A DNA stretch of 64,000 bases, taken from positions 192,001 to 256,000 of the forward strand of contig CBDFJG010000002.1 of NCBI GenBank assembly GCA_965248445.1, written 5' to 3'. The notes under the pieces were generated by a model. The model ran no database searches. It was not told the origin of the DNA and saw only the letters and a program-made list of their open reading frames with translations. Below, one piece after another: positions 8,645 through 18,534 of this stretch. Position numbers and translations under genes: made by a program. Within the stretch, counting starts at the first letter, position 1; the number at the start of each line of letters is the position of its first letter. Source of the DNA: Planctomycetota bacterium. Lineage in GTDB: Bacteria > Planctomycetota > JAJSAM01 > JAJVHW01.

Positions 8645-11110
8645 TCACTGTTCGATTTCACCGCCGATTGCGTCGCCGGCCTGACCGGTGATCTTGACGT
8701 CGGCGGCCGACGCACTCCCCCCCGGGTCGACCGTGGGGGCGTTGAACACGTACACGCGGCCTTCCAAGTTCTGCCCGAAGTCCGGAGCCGCGGTGACGAT
8801 CGAGTGGAACAGCCCGACGCGGAACGGCTGCAGCACGACGCGCAGCGGTTCGCCGGTGCTCTCGCCGATCACCTGCGATGCGTTGACCGGCAACTGTCCG
8901 GAAGGCGGCATGCCTGCACCTCCGAGGAAGAGATACAGGCCGCCGGCGCCGCCGGCGTGGTTCGGGGCCGTCGTTACGATCGACTTCAGCGGTCCGGGAC
9001 CCAGTTCGACGAGCTGGAGACCCGTCCCGAGGCGATCGTCCGATCCGAACCCCGTGAACCGGCGGAACGCCTCTTCATCGGCGTCGCCGCTCGAAAGGCC
9101 GGTTCCGCCCTCGAAGATGAAGATGGCGCCAGACTGGTTGGGCAGCGGCGAATCGCTGCCGTCGGTCGTCACGATGTCGTCGACCTCGTCGCCCGTCACA
9201 TCGCCCGAGCGCACGTCGAGTCCGAAGCCGCCTAGAGCAACGGTCCCGTCGATGCGGACATCGGCGTTGCTCGCACTCTGGTCGTAGACACCGTAGTAGT
9301 CGTTGAAGAACACGTAGACGGCACCGGTGCCGCCTGTGGAGTCGATCTGGTCCGCGCCGATGATCAGGTCGTCTTCACCACCGTTGTCGACGTCACCGAC
9401 CGCCAGCCCCGCGCCGAACAGGCCTCCGGACAGGCCACCTGTGATGACGGCGTCAGCAGTTGTGGCGCTCGAGGGGAACGCGCTCGGCGAAGTGCCGACG
9501 AACACGTAGACCTTCCCGGTGCCTCCAGCCCCCTCGGCACCGACGATCAGGTCCGGTCTCCCGTCGCCGGTGAGGTCACCGACCTCCGTCGTGCCGCCGA
9601 AGTCATCGCCGTCAGTCTCGCCGTCGATCGTGACGTCGGCGTCTTCTACGGCGCTCGGAGAGAAGCCGCTTCCGCCGAAGAACAGGTGCACGGCTCCGGC
9701 ATCCGATCCGTTGGATCCGACGATGAGATCGACGATCCCGTCTCCGTTGACGTCTTTCACGAGCAGACTCTCACCGAATTCGTCCCCGCCGTTGTCGCCG
9801 GGGATCTCGACGTTGGCCTGCTGCGTCGTCTGTCCGTCCCCCACCGGGCCGAAGAAGATGAACACCGCGCCTGCGCCCTGATTTGCGAACGGCGCGGGGA
9901 TGACCAGGTCATCCGTCCCGTCGTCATTGAGGTCAGTGCCTTCGTCGTCGCTCGGGCTACCGATGAGGATCGGACCGCTCACGAGGTACGAGCTGAACCC
10001 GCTGACTTGCACCGAGATCACGCCACCGCCCGCGTCGTCCAGGTTGTACGGCCCCGGAACGAGCGAGATATTGCCGTTCTCGTCGCGCGTGTAGATCTCG
10101 AGGTCGGTGAAGTCACCGTCGAGCGCAGCGGGGTCGAACGGCAACTGCACGGTAACGGGTTCGCCGAACTCGAGCCCCTCCGGTCCGAAGAACACGGTCG
10201 GGCCGAGGCCCTCTCCTGCCGGAGGAACGAGTTCCGGGGCGGTCGCCACGCCGACGACCGTGTTCTGCGTGACCGCACCGGGAGGCACGTCCACCGCGGC
10301 GCCGTCGATCGAGCCCTGCTCCGGACCCGCGACGACCATGCCACCGTCACCCGGCGTCACGATCGCGCCGATGCCCTCGTCGTCGCCGCTGCCGGGGCCG
10401 ATCACCTCGTCGGTGAGGTCGATCTTGCGCTTCGCGGACTTCGGCGCCTTGACGGTCACGGTCGCTTTCGCGTCGTTGGCAGCAAAGAGGCACTGAAACC
10501 CGAACGTGTCGATCTCGTACTTCTTGAGTGTGTGGCCCTTCTTCTCGGGCTCTGGATCCGGGAGATTGGCCGAGCCGCCGTCGTTGTCGATCCGGTCGAA
10601 TCGCGGGTCCGCCGCGGAGCCCTTGACCGGTTTGACCTTCATCGTGGCCAGCGCGCCCGCGTCCGCATCGAACGTGATCTTCAGCTCGTCCGGCGCGTCA
10701 CCGAGGGGGAGGTCCATCTTCGTCTTCTTGGGCGCCTTCCACTTCGCCTTGAACTGGTAGTTGCCAGTCTCCGTGCTCGTGACGGACACGCTGTACGTGT
10801 CGGTCTTCGTCACGGTGACCTTGGCCTTGGCGGCCTTGGACTTCGTGCTGCTCACGACGAGCGCGCCCTCGGAGTCGCGGATCTCGACCGAGACCACCGG
10901 CGCCTTCGTGCCCTTGCCCGCCTTCTTTCCCTTCGCGGAGACAGACAGCTTCGAACCGTCGGGAACGTCGATCAGATACGTCTCGGTCTCGGACGGACCG
11001 ATCGATCCGTTGACCTTGTCGCCGTTGCCGATCTCGACGGTCAGATCGGCGCGAGCGGTCACGACGAACAGACCCAGCACAGCGAGACCAAGTACGTGGT
11101 GCGAACGCAT
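8645..11110 (-). CDS. Secreted FG-GAP (integrin-alpha-like propeller) protein with Lys-rich N-terminal and ZU5-like domains, paralogue C
   Basis: ATG 11110 with GGAGG; signal peptide; DLNDDGTDDLVI, DVNGDGIVDLIVG, DLTGDGRPDLIVGA repeats with G.VYVF strands. Confidence 0.85.
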   Translation of the reverse strand: MRSHHVLGLAVLGLFVVTARADLTVEIGNGDKVNGSIGPSETETYLIDVPDGSKLSVSAKGKKAGKGTKAPVVSVEIRDSEGALVVSSTKSKAAKAKVTVTKTDTYSVSVTSTETGNYQFKAKWKAPKKTKMDLPLGDAPDELKITFDADAGALATMKVKPVKGSAADPRFDRIDNDGGSANLPDPEPEKKGHTLKKYEIDTFGFQCLFAANDAKATVTVKAPKSAKRKIDLTDEVIGPGSGDDEGIGAIVTPGDGGMVVAGPEQGSIDGAAVDVPPGAVTQNTVVGVATAPELVPPAGEGLGPTVFFGPEGLEFGEPVTVQLPFDPAALDGDFTDLEIYTRDENGNISLVPGPYNLDDAGGGVISVQVSGFSSYLVSGPILIGSPSDDEGTDLNDDGTDDLVIPAPFANQGAGAVFIFFGPVGDGQTTQQANVEIPGDNGGDEFGESLLVKDVNGDGIVDLIVGSNGSDAGAVHLFFGGSGFSPSAVEDADVTIDGETDGDDFGGTTEVGDLTGDGRPDLIVGAEGAGGTGKVYVFVGTSPSAFPSSATTADAVITGGLSGGLFGAGLAVGDVDNGGEDDLIIGADQIDSTGGTGAVYVFFNDYYGVYDQSASNADVRIDGTVALGGFGLDVRSGDVTGDEVDDIVTTDGSDSPLPNQSGAIFIFEGGTGLSSGDADEEAFRRFTGFGSDDRLGTGLQLVELGPGPLKSIVTTAPNHAGGAGGLYLFLGGAGMPPSGQLPVNASQVIGESTGEPLRVVLQPFRVGLFHSIVTAAPDFGQNLEGRVYVFNAPTVDPGGSASAADVKITGQAGDAIGGEIEQ

Positions 11111-11153
11111 CTCCACCTCCCGACCGTCAGTGTACGGCACTCAGAACAGCGGT

Positions 11154-13631
11154 TCAGTCGGCGTCGCCGCCGATGCGTTCGCCCGGGAGTCCGGTGATGA
11201 TGATGTCCGCCTGGCTCGCATCCGCCTCGTTGGACTCCGCGCCTACGAAGAGGTACATGCGCCCCTCCGCGCTCTGCCCGAAGCCGGGCGCTCCGGCGAC
11301 GACGGTGACCACGCCGCCGACGGAGATCGGGTCGAACAGCTGCGCGAACGACTGTCCCGCTCCCTCACCGATCACGTTCGCCGTGTTGCTGCCGACCGGC
11401 CCGGACGGGGGCAACGGTCCACCTCCTCCGAACACGAACAACCCGCCCCGGCCAGCGCTGTAGTTCAACGAGGAGGCCACGATGAAGAGCGGCTCGCCGA
11501 AGCCCGCGAGCGGCATGAGGCGAACGGAGAATCCGAACCGGTCGTTGGCGCCCGAGCCGGAGTACTTGCGCAAGGCGATCACGTCCGCGGCGCCGCCTGC
11601 GAACGCCTGCCCGCCTTCGAACACGTAGACGTCCCCGGGATGGTCTGCCACCGAATCGGACCCGTTGTTGGCGACGATGTCATCGACCTGATCACCGGTC
11701 ACGTCACCGGCGCGGACGTCGAGGCCGAACCCGGCGAGAGCGGTGGGACCGTCGATGCGGAACGTCGCGTCGCGCGACGTGTTCGTGTACTCGGCCTCTC
11801 CGTCGGGGAACACGTAGACCGTGCCCGGGCCGGAGATGCTATCGACCGCGTCTGCCCCGACGATCAGATCATCCCGCCCGCTGTCGTCGACGTCGCCGAG
11901 CGCCAACCCTGCGCCGAACAGGCCGCCGGCCCGGTTACCGGAGATGATCGCATCGGCATCGGTAGCGCTGTTCGGCCACGTGCCCTGTACGCTTCCAAGG
12001 AAGAGGTAGACCTTCCCGACAGCGCCCGCGCCCTCGGCGCCGACCACCAGGTCGGGAATCTGGTCGTCGTTGACGTCTCCGACCAAGAACGGTTCGCCGA
12101 AGTCGTCGATGTCGCTCTCGCCATCGATCGTGACGTCCGCATCGCCCGGTCCGGTGGGGTTGAACCCCACTCCGCCGAAGAAGATGTGGAGACGACCGGC
12201 CGAGATGCCGTCGTCGTTCACCAAGAGGTCGCCGATGCCGTCACCGCTGAGGTCGCGGATGGCAGCGCGCACGCCGAACTCGTCGTCCGCACCGGCCCCC
12301 GTCAGGACGACGTCCGCTGCACTCGACAGCGTTGTGTTGCCCGCATTCAGCTCCCCGAAGAACACGAGTACCTGACCCTCCCCGTTCTGCCCGGCGAGCG
12401 GCGCCGGGATGACGAGGTCATCGACGCCGTCCCCGTTCAGATCGAAGGTCTTCCGCGGTGCCGCCTGCGGTCCCGCCACGACGTACGAGCTGAAGCCGCT
12501 CACCTGGACCGAGATGATCCCGTTGGCAGCGTCGGCCAGGTCGTACGGGCCGGGCACGAGAGAGATGTTCCCGTCCTCGTCCCGCGTGTAGATCTCGAGG
12601 TCGTCGAAGTCGCCGCCGACCGCAGCGGGGTCGAACGGCAGCTGCACGGTCACCGGCGTGCCGAAGTCGAGCCCCTCGGGTCCGAAGAACACCGTGGGAC
12701 CGAGTCCCTCGCCGGCCGGCGGCACCAGCTCGGGCGCGGTCGCAACGACGACGACGGTGTCCTCGGTCACCGCACCGGGCGGGACGTCCACCGCGGCACC
12801 GTCGATCGCACCCTGGTCGGGACCTGCGACGACCATGCCGCCATCGGTCGGCGTCACGATCGCACCGATGCCCTCGTCGTCGCCGCTGTCGGGGCCGATC
12901 ACCTCGTCCTTCAGGTTGATCTTCCGCTTTGCGGACTTGGGCGCCTTGACCGTCACGGACACCTTCGTGCCCCCGGCCGCGCCGTCGTTGGCCGCGAACA
13001 GGCACTGCAACCCGAACACGTCGATCGCGTACTTCTTGAGCGTGTGGCCCTTCTCGCCCGCGGCCGGGTCGGGAAGGTCCGTCGAGCCGCCGTCGTCGTC
13101 GAGCCGGTCGAAATGCGGGTCCGCTGCCGAGCCCTTGGCAGGCTTGATCTTCAGCGTGGCAAGCGCACCGGCGTCCGCGTCGAACGTGATCTTCTGCTCG
13201 TCCGGCGTGTCGCCCAGGTCGAGCTCGACCTTCGTCTTCTTGGGCGCCTTCCACTTGGCTTTGAACTGGTAGTTGCCGGAGTCCCCGCTCGTCACGTTGA
13301 CGCTGAACGTGTCCGTCTTCTCGACCGTCACCTTCGCCTTGGCGGCCTTCGACTTCGTGCTGCCGCCGACGAGCGCGCCCTCGGAGTCGCGAATCTCGAC
13401 CGACATGACCGGCGGCTTGGTGCCCTTGCCGGACTTCTTGCCCTTGACCGTGACCGTGAGCTTCGACCCGTTCGGTACGTCGATCAGGAACGTCTCGGTC
13501 TCGGTCGGGCCGATCGTGCCGTCCACCTTGTCGCCGTTGCCGACTTCCACCGACAGGTCGGCACTGGCCGTGCCGGTCAACCCGGCCAGGAGAACGAGCA
13601 GGACAAGAGCCTTTACTGGGTACGTGCGCAT
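11154..13631 (-). CDS. Secreted FG-GAP protein, paralogue B
   Basis: ATG 13631 with GAGGTGGAG; same architecture; DLNGDGVDDLVI, DVNDDQIPDLVVGA. Confidence 0.85.
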   Translation of the reverse strand: MRTYPVKALVLLVLLAGLTGTASADLSVEVGNGDKVDGTIGPTETETFLIDVPNGSKLTVTVKGKKSGKGTKPPVMSVEIRDSEGALVGGSTKSKAAKAKVTVEKTDTFSVNVTSGDSGNYQFKAKWKAPKKTKVELDLGDTPDEQKITFDADAGALATLKIKPAKGSAADPHFDRLDDDGGSTDLPDPAAGEKGHTLKKYAIDVFGLQCLFAANDGAAGGTKVSVTVKAPKSAKRKINLKDEVIGPDSGDDEGIGAIVTPTDGGMVVAGPDQGAIDGAAVDVPPGAVTEDTVVVVATAPELVPPAGEGLGPTVFFGPEGLDFGTPVTVQLPFDPAAVGGDFDDLEIYTRDEDGNISLVPGPYDLADAANGIISVQVSGFSSYVVAGPQAAPRKTFDLNGDGVDDLVIPAPLAGQNGEGQVLVFFGELNAGNTTLSSAADVVLTGAGADDEFGVRAAIRDLSGDGIGDLLVNDDGISAGRLHIFFGGVGFNPTGPGDADVTIDGESDIDDFGEPFLVGDVNDDQIPDLVVGAEGAGAVGKVYLFLGSVQGTWPNSATDADAIISGNRAGGLFGAGLALGDVDDSGRDDLIVGADAVDSISGPGTVYVFPDGEAEYTNTSRDATFRIDGPTALAGFGLDVRAGDVTGDQVDDIVANNGSDSVADHPGDVYVFEGGQAFAGGAADVIALRKYSGSGANDRFGFSVRLMPLAGFGEPLFIVASSLNYSAGRGGLFVFGGGGPLPPSGPVGSNTANVIGEGAGQSFAQLFDPISVGGVVTVVAGAPGFGQSAEGRMYLFVGAESNEADASQADIIITGLPGERIGGDAD

Positions 13632-13669
13632 CTCCACCTCACTTGGATGGAGTGTACGGCAAGGCGGGA

Positions 13670-16129
13670 TCAGTCGCCGTCGCCGCCGATCCTCTCACCG
13701 GCGAGCCCGTCGATGATGATGTCCGCCGTGGCCGCACTCGCCTCCCCCGCAGGAGGGGTCGTGAAGACGTAGACCCGGCCGTTGCGCGACTGACCGAACT
13801 CCGACGCGCCCACGCCGATGCTCGACACACCACCGATCACGATGGGATCGAGGAGCACGCGGAAGTCGTCGCCCGCGTTCTCGCCGAGCGCTACGCCGGT
13901 GCCGTTCACGACCGTCCCCGAGGACGGCAGCGGTGCGCCGAACAGGAACAGCCCGCCGCGGCCGCCCGCGTACGCGGGCGCGGTCGCCACGATCACCAGC
14001 TCGCCGGCGGGACCCAGCGGAGCGAGCCGGAGCGAGAACCCGAGTCGGTCGTTCGCACCGAACCCGGTGTACTTGCGGAAAGCCTGCGCGTTGGCGTCCC
14101 CCGAAGGGAAGTCGTCCGTGCCCTCGAACACGAAGATCTCGCCGGGATGCGAGTTGGTCGTGTCGGCGCCGTTGTTCGTGATGATGTCCGGCGTGCCGTC
14201 GCCGGTGACGTCGCCCACGACGATGTCGCGGCCGAACCCGTTGTTCGCCTGATCCGAACCCATGAAGTAGGCGTTGCGGGTGGAGGCGCTCCTGTCCACG
14301 ATCTGCCCCGTGTTGCCGCCGAAGAACACGTACACGGCTCCGGGATCACTCACGGTGTCCACCGCATCGGCGCCCACGACGATGTCGTCGACGCCGCTCT
14401 CGTCGACGTCGCCGATCCCGATGCCGGATCCGAACAGCCCGCCGACCGTCTGTCCCGTGATCTTCGCGTCCGCGTTCGCGGCGAGTGACGTGAACGTGCT
14501 CTCCGGAACTCCGAGGAACACGTATACGCGGCCCACATCGCCCCCGCCGCTCTCGGCCCCGCAGATCAGGTCCGTGATGCCGTCGCCGTTCACATCGCCG
14601 AGCGCGACGGCTTCGCCGAAACTGTCGTCCGCCACCTCGCCGGTGATCGTGAAGTCCGCGTCGCTAACCCCATCCGGGTTGAACCCCGGGCCGCCCAGGA
14701 AGATCAGGAGCTGGCCCGCCGGATCGTCCTCGGTGGCGGCGAGGAGATCCGCGATGCCGTCGTCGTCGACGTCGCCTACGTGGTAGCTGGCACCGAACTC
14801 ACCCAGCGAGGTTTGGCCCTCGATGATCACGTCGGCGTCGTCCGTGTCCGAGCCGTTCGCCGGCGGCCCGAAGAACACATAGAGCTCCCCTTGGCCGCTG
14901 ATTCCGGCGCTGGGCGCGGGGACGACGAAATCGTCGATGCCGTCGCCGTTGAGATCGAACTGCCCACCGGCTTCCGGCCCCGCGACGACGTACGAGCTGA
15001 AGCCGCTCACCTGCACCGAGATGATGCCGCTGGCCGCATCCGCCAGGTCGTACGGGCCCGGCACCAGGGAGATGTTCCCCTCAGCGTCGCGCGTGTAGAT
15101 CTCCAGATCGTCGAAGTCACCTGCGAGCGCGGCAGGGTCGAATGGAAGTTGTACGGTCACAAGCGATTCGAACACGAGCCCCTCGGGACCGAAGAAGACC
15201 GTCGGGCCGAGGCCGTCGCCCGCCGGCGGCACGAGTTCCGGCGCCGTCGCCACGACGACCACCGTGTCCTCGAGCACCGCGCCCGGCGGCACTTCCACGG
15301 CCGCTCCGTCGATCGCACCCTGTTCCGCGCCGGCCTCCACCAATCCGCCGTCCCCGGGCGTCACGATCACTCCGATGCCCTCGTCGTCCCCGGTCTCAGG
15401 ACCGATCACCTGGTCCCGGACATCGATCTTCCGCCTCTGCGACTTCGGCGCCTTGATCTTCACGGAGCCCTTCACGTCGCCCCCCGGTCCGTCATTGGCG
15501 GCGAACAGGCACTGTGCGCCGAACGTGTCGACGGCGTACCGCTTGATCGTGTGGCCCTTCTCGCCGGGGTCGGGAGCCGGCAAGACCTCCGAACCTCCGT
15601 CGTTGTCGAGACGGTCGAAGCGCGGATCGGCCGCCGATCTCTTGGACGGCTTGACCTTCATCGTGAGGAGCGCGCCGCTGTCCGCGTCGAACGTGATCTT
15701 CTTCTCGTCCGGCGTGTCGCCGAAAGTCAACGCGACCGGTTCCTTCTTGGGCGCCTTCCACTTGATCTTGATCTGGTAGTTGCCGGTGTCGGTGCTCGTG
15801 ACGGACACGCTGTACGTGTCCGTCTTCGTCACGGTCACTTTGGCTTTGGCCGCCTTGGACTTCGTGCTGCCGACGACGAGCGCGCCCTCGGAGTCGCGAA
15901 CCTCGACCGACACGACCGGCGGTTTGGTTCCCTTGCCCGCCTTCTTGCCCTTCGCCGTAACGGTGAGCTTCGACCCGGCCGGCACGTCGATCAGGAACGT
16001 CTCGGTCTCGGTCGGACCGATCGACCCGTCGACCTTGTCGCCGTTGCCGATCTGCACCGTCAGGTCCGCGCGCGCCGAGAGCGCAAGCGCGAGCACCGCC
16101 ACGAACGCGAGTGAGTGGATGCGTCGCAT
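13670..16129 (-). CDS. Secreted FG-GAP protein, paralogue A
   Basis: ATG 16129 with GGAGG; same architecture; DLNGDGIDDFVV, DVNGDGITDLICGA. Confidence 0.85.
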   Translation of the reverse strand: MRRIHSLAFVAVLALALSARADLTVQIGNGDKVDGSIGPTETETFLIDVPAGSKLTVTAKGKKAGKGTKPPVVSVEVRDSEGALVVGSTKSKAAKAKVTVTKTDTYSVSVTSTDTGNYQIKIKWKAPKKEPVALTFGDTPDEKKITFDADSGALLTMKVKPSKRSAADPRFDRLDNDGGSEVLPAPDPGEKGHTIKRYAVDTFGAQCLFAANDGPGGDVKGSVKIKAPKSQRRKIDVRDQVIGPETGDDEGIGVIVTPGDGGLVEAGAEQGAIDGAAVEVPPGAVLEDTVVVVATAPELVPPAGDGLGPTVFFGPEGLVFESLVTVQLPFDPAALAGDFDDLEIYTRDAEGNISLVPGPYDLADAASGIISVQVSGFSSYVVAGPEAGGQFDLNGDGIDDFVVPAPSAGISGQGELYVFFGPPANGSDTDDADVIIEGQTSLGEFGASYHVGDVDDDGIADLLAATEDDPAGQLLIFLGGPGFNPDGVSDADFTITGEVADDSFGEAVALGDVNGDGITDLICGAESGGGDVGRVYVFLGVPESTFTSLAANADAKITGQTVGGLFGSGIGIGDVDESGVDDIVVGADAVDTVSDPGAVYVFFGGNTGQIVDRSASTRNAYFMGSDQANNGFGRDIVVGDVTGDGTPDIITNNGADTTNSHPGEIFVFEGTDDFPSGDANAQAFRKYTGFGANDRLGFSLRLAPLGPAGELVIVATAPAYAGGRGGLFLFGAPLPSSGTVVNGTGVALGENAGDDFRVLLDPIVIGGVSSIGVGASEFGQSRNGRVYVFTTPPAGEASAATADIIIDGLAGERIGGDGD

Positions 16130-16171
16130 CGCCACCTCCCCACGGAGAGTCTACTCCCCCCCCAACGGAGA

Positions 16172-16202
16172 GGCGGCGCGCGGAGGTTGTCCGCGCGCCG
16201 CC
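16172..16202 (-). terminator. 13-bp stem hairpin between prenyltransferase-repeat gene and FG-GAP array
   Basis: GGCGGCGCGCGGA-GGTTG-TCCGCGCGCCGCC. Confidence 0.6.
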
Positions 16203-16242
16203 CGAAGGAGACAGACAGGAAGGGGAGACGAACAGGCGCCGG

Positions 16243-17787
16243 TCAGAAGACGCGGCTGTAGCGGTAGTAGACCTGCAGGCTGAGTGTCATGAGCGCCGTC
16301 GAGTACACGCGGCCGCCTTCGACACCCCACGGACCGACCGGGTCCCAGGAGCCGTACTCGTCACGGCCCTGCTCGAGGCGCTGGTGGTCGGCGATGGCCG
16401 ACTTCATGGCGCGGTTCCACTCCTTCCAGCGAGCACCGCCGATCTGGTGCATCGCGAGCGTGCCGTAGTACCAGTAGTACATGTCGATCGTGCCCGCATC
16501 GATGTCCCAGCGCGGGAGCTTCTTCTGCATGAGGTCGGCGCCCTTGGCGACGAGCTCGTTCTTCTCCGGGTCCTGTCCGCAGAAGACGCGCGTGAGCACA
16601 CCCACCGACGTGACCGACTCGGTCTGATCTGCGGGGAACTGATCGATCATGTCCGCCTGGCGAGCCGACGGGCCGCCGCGACGCTGGTAGCCCACGCGCC
16701 CGAACTCCGGCTCCGTCATCTTGTCGACCCATGCGAGCGCGCTGCGGAAGCTGCCCTCGTCGACTTGCAGCTCCGCGAGCTTCGCGGACTTGAGTGCCAT
16801 CACCATCCAGCCGGTGACGGACGTGTCGTTGTCGCCGTCGCGGACGCCGTAGCGCCACGCCATGTACGGATTCTGCGAGTTGTGGATGAAGTTGACGGCG
16901 CGCTGCGCGGGGCCTCTCAGCACCCGGCTGCCCGTGACGCCGTACGCCTCGGCGAGCGCCATCGTGGCGATCGCGTGCGAGTACTGATAGCCGTGCCCGG
17001 TGCGCGGTCCGATGCAGCCCTCCGCGTCCTGGATCGACACCAGGTAGCGCAGACCGCTCTTCACCGTGTCCTTGTACCGGCCGGCCGACTGCGTGTCGCC
17101 TTGAGCGAGGAACGCCAGCAGTGCGAGTCCCGTGACTCCGGGATCGTGCACAGCGTTGCCGGGACCCGAGCACTGGTTGAGCTTGCACTGATCGGCGAAC
17201 CCGTCGCAGTCCCAGGAGCCGTTGGGTGCCTGGTGGTTCGAGAGCCACGACAGCGCGCGATCGACCTCGGGCTCCGTGCCGTAGCCCTTGCCGCCGCCGC
17301 CGGAGCCGTTCTTGTTGGCGCCGAGACCGCGCTTGCCCCACGCGCCGCCCGCGTCGACACCAATTCCGATGGCCGCGTTCTGACCCGCTTCGTCGAACGG
17401 CGCGATGGCGGAGAAGTCGGGGTCACCTGCGGTGACGTCGTCGACCTCTTGGTCCACACTCGCCTCGATGTCAGGAGGCAGATCCAGGACGTCGTCCTCG
17501 ACACGCTTGTCGACCTTCGTCGGGTCGGGCTCGATGTTCTTCGGCGGCACCACGGGATCGTCGAGATCCACTTTCTCCGTCGGCATGTGCGCAATGACGC
17601 TAGGCGCCACGTGGGGCAGCGCACCGTCGCCCGTGGGCATGAGGAGAAGCAGCCCGATCAACGCTCCGTGGAATGCGACAGAGGCTCCGATCCACGGCGC
17701 GTTCTTCATCTGCGCGTAGAGGATCTCGTCGAACGATTCGGACTCTTGCGGCAACCGCCCGCGAATCAGTAGCTGGTCGTTGTGCAT
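16243..17787 (-). CDS. Membrane-anchored prenyltransferase/squalene-cyclase (QW) repeat protein, planctomycete type
   Basis: TM with SVAFH, acidic linker, ALSWLSNHQAPNGSW, GLRYLVSIQDAEG, DTSVTGW, YYWYYGTLA, GGRVYSTAL. Confidence 0.85.
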   Translation of the reverse strand: MHNDQLLIRGRLPQESESFDEILYAQMKNAPWIGASVAFHGALIGLLLLMPTGDGALPHVAPSVIAHMPTEKVDLDDPVVPPKNIEPDPTKVDKRVEDDVLDLPPDIEASVDQEVDDVTAGDPDFSAIAPFDEAGQNAAIGIGVDAGGAWGKRGLGANKNGSGGGGKGYGTEPEVDRALSWLSNHQAPNGSWDCDGFADQCKLNQCSGPGNAVHDPGVTGLALLAFLAQGDTQSAGRYKDTVKSGLRYLVSIQDAEGCIGPRTGHGYQYSHAIATMALAEAYGVTGSRVLRGPAQRAVNFIHNSQNPYMAWRYGVRDGDNDTSVTGWMVMALKSAKLAELQVDEGSFRSALAWVDKMTEPEFGRVGYQRRGGPSARQADMIDQFPADQTESVTSVGVLTRVFCGQDPEKNELVAKGADLMQKKLPRWDIDAGTIDMYYWYYGTLAMHQIGGARWKEWNRAMKSAIADHQRLEQGRDEYGSWDPVGPWGVEGGRVYSTALMTLSLQVYYRYSRVF

Positions 17788-17918
17788 GGTCGTCTCCCGA
17801 CGGTTTGGCGGCTCATCCGCCGTTTGTTTCCTGCCGGGGCGCCCCGGACGATCCAGCCCTACACAACGGAGCGCTGTCGCAAGGGTTCACAGGAGCGCGA
17901 AATCAGGCTTCCGCGGGC

Positions 17919-18482
17919 TCACTTGAACAACTTCTGGACGTCCTTGAACTGCGGGTGCTTTGCGTCGCGCATCAGCTCGAAGCTGGCGGACTCGCTGGTC
18001 GTGAGTACGGCGCCGGCGCGTTCCATGCGGCGCAGCGCGACTTCGCGGTCGGTCTCGCGGCCATCGCGGGAAAGCACCGCGTCCACGGCGACGTGCGTCT
18101 CGAATCCCGCGGCGAGGAGATCGTGCACGGTCTGACTGACGCACACGTGCGTCTCGATCCCGCAGACGAGCACGGAGCGTGTCTCTGCCGCGCGGAGCGC
18201 CTCGGGAATGGCGCTGCAGCCGAACGCGCTGAAGCACGTCTTGTCCGGGATCGCCCCACCGATCGCTCCGCGCAGCGGCTCGACGGTGGCGCCGAGGCCG
18301 CGCGGATACTGCTCGGTCGCGAGCACGGGCAGGCCCAGCAAATGGAACGCCTTCGCGAGGCGTTCGCAGGCGCCGGTGAGTCGATCGAACGCAGACATCG
18401 TGGGCGCAAACCGCTCCTGCACGTCCACCACCACGAGTGCGGTGCGTTGCGGGTGGAGGAGTCCGGGTGTCGGCGCCTGCAT
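17919..18482 (-). CDS. Isochorismatase-family cysteine hydrolase
   Basis: VVDVQE, TEQYPRGLG, KTCFS, GIETHVCV. Confidence 0.92.
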   Translation of the reverse strand: MQAPTPGLLHPQRTALVVVDVQERFAPTMSAFDRLTGACERLAKAFHLLGLPVLATEQYPRGLGATVEPLRGAIGGAIPDKTCFSAFGCSAIPEALRAAETRSVLVCGIETHVCVSQTVHDLLAAGFETHVAVDAVLSRDGRETDREVALRRMERAGAVLTTSESASFELMRDAKHPQFKDVQKLFK

Positions 18483-18534
18483 CCCGCCGTTCTATCCGAC
18501 CCGCGGCGGGCCCTCCTCGGGATACCGTGACCGC

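Noticed and set aside
9686..16114. Long plus-strand ORFs (503, 1003 and 444 aa) over the FG-GAP array
   Set aside because: Antisense shadows typical of high-GC coding DNA; no motifs
8645..16129. Triplication as an assembly artefact or DGR target
   Set aside because: Copies differ throughout, including indels; no reverse transcriptase or adenine-specific variable repeat seen
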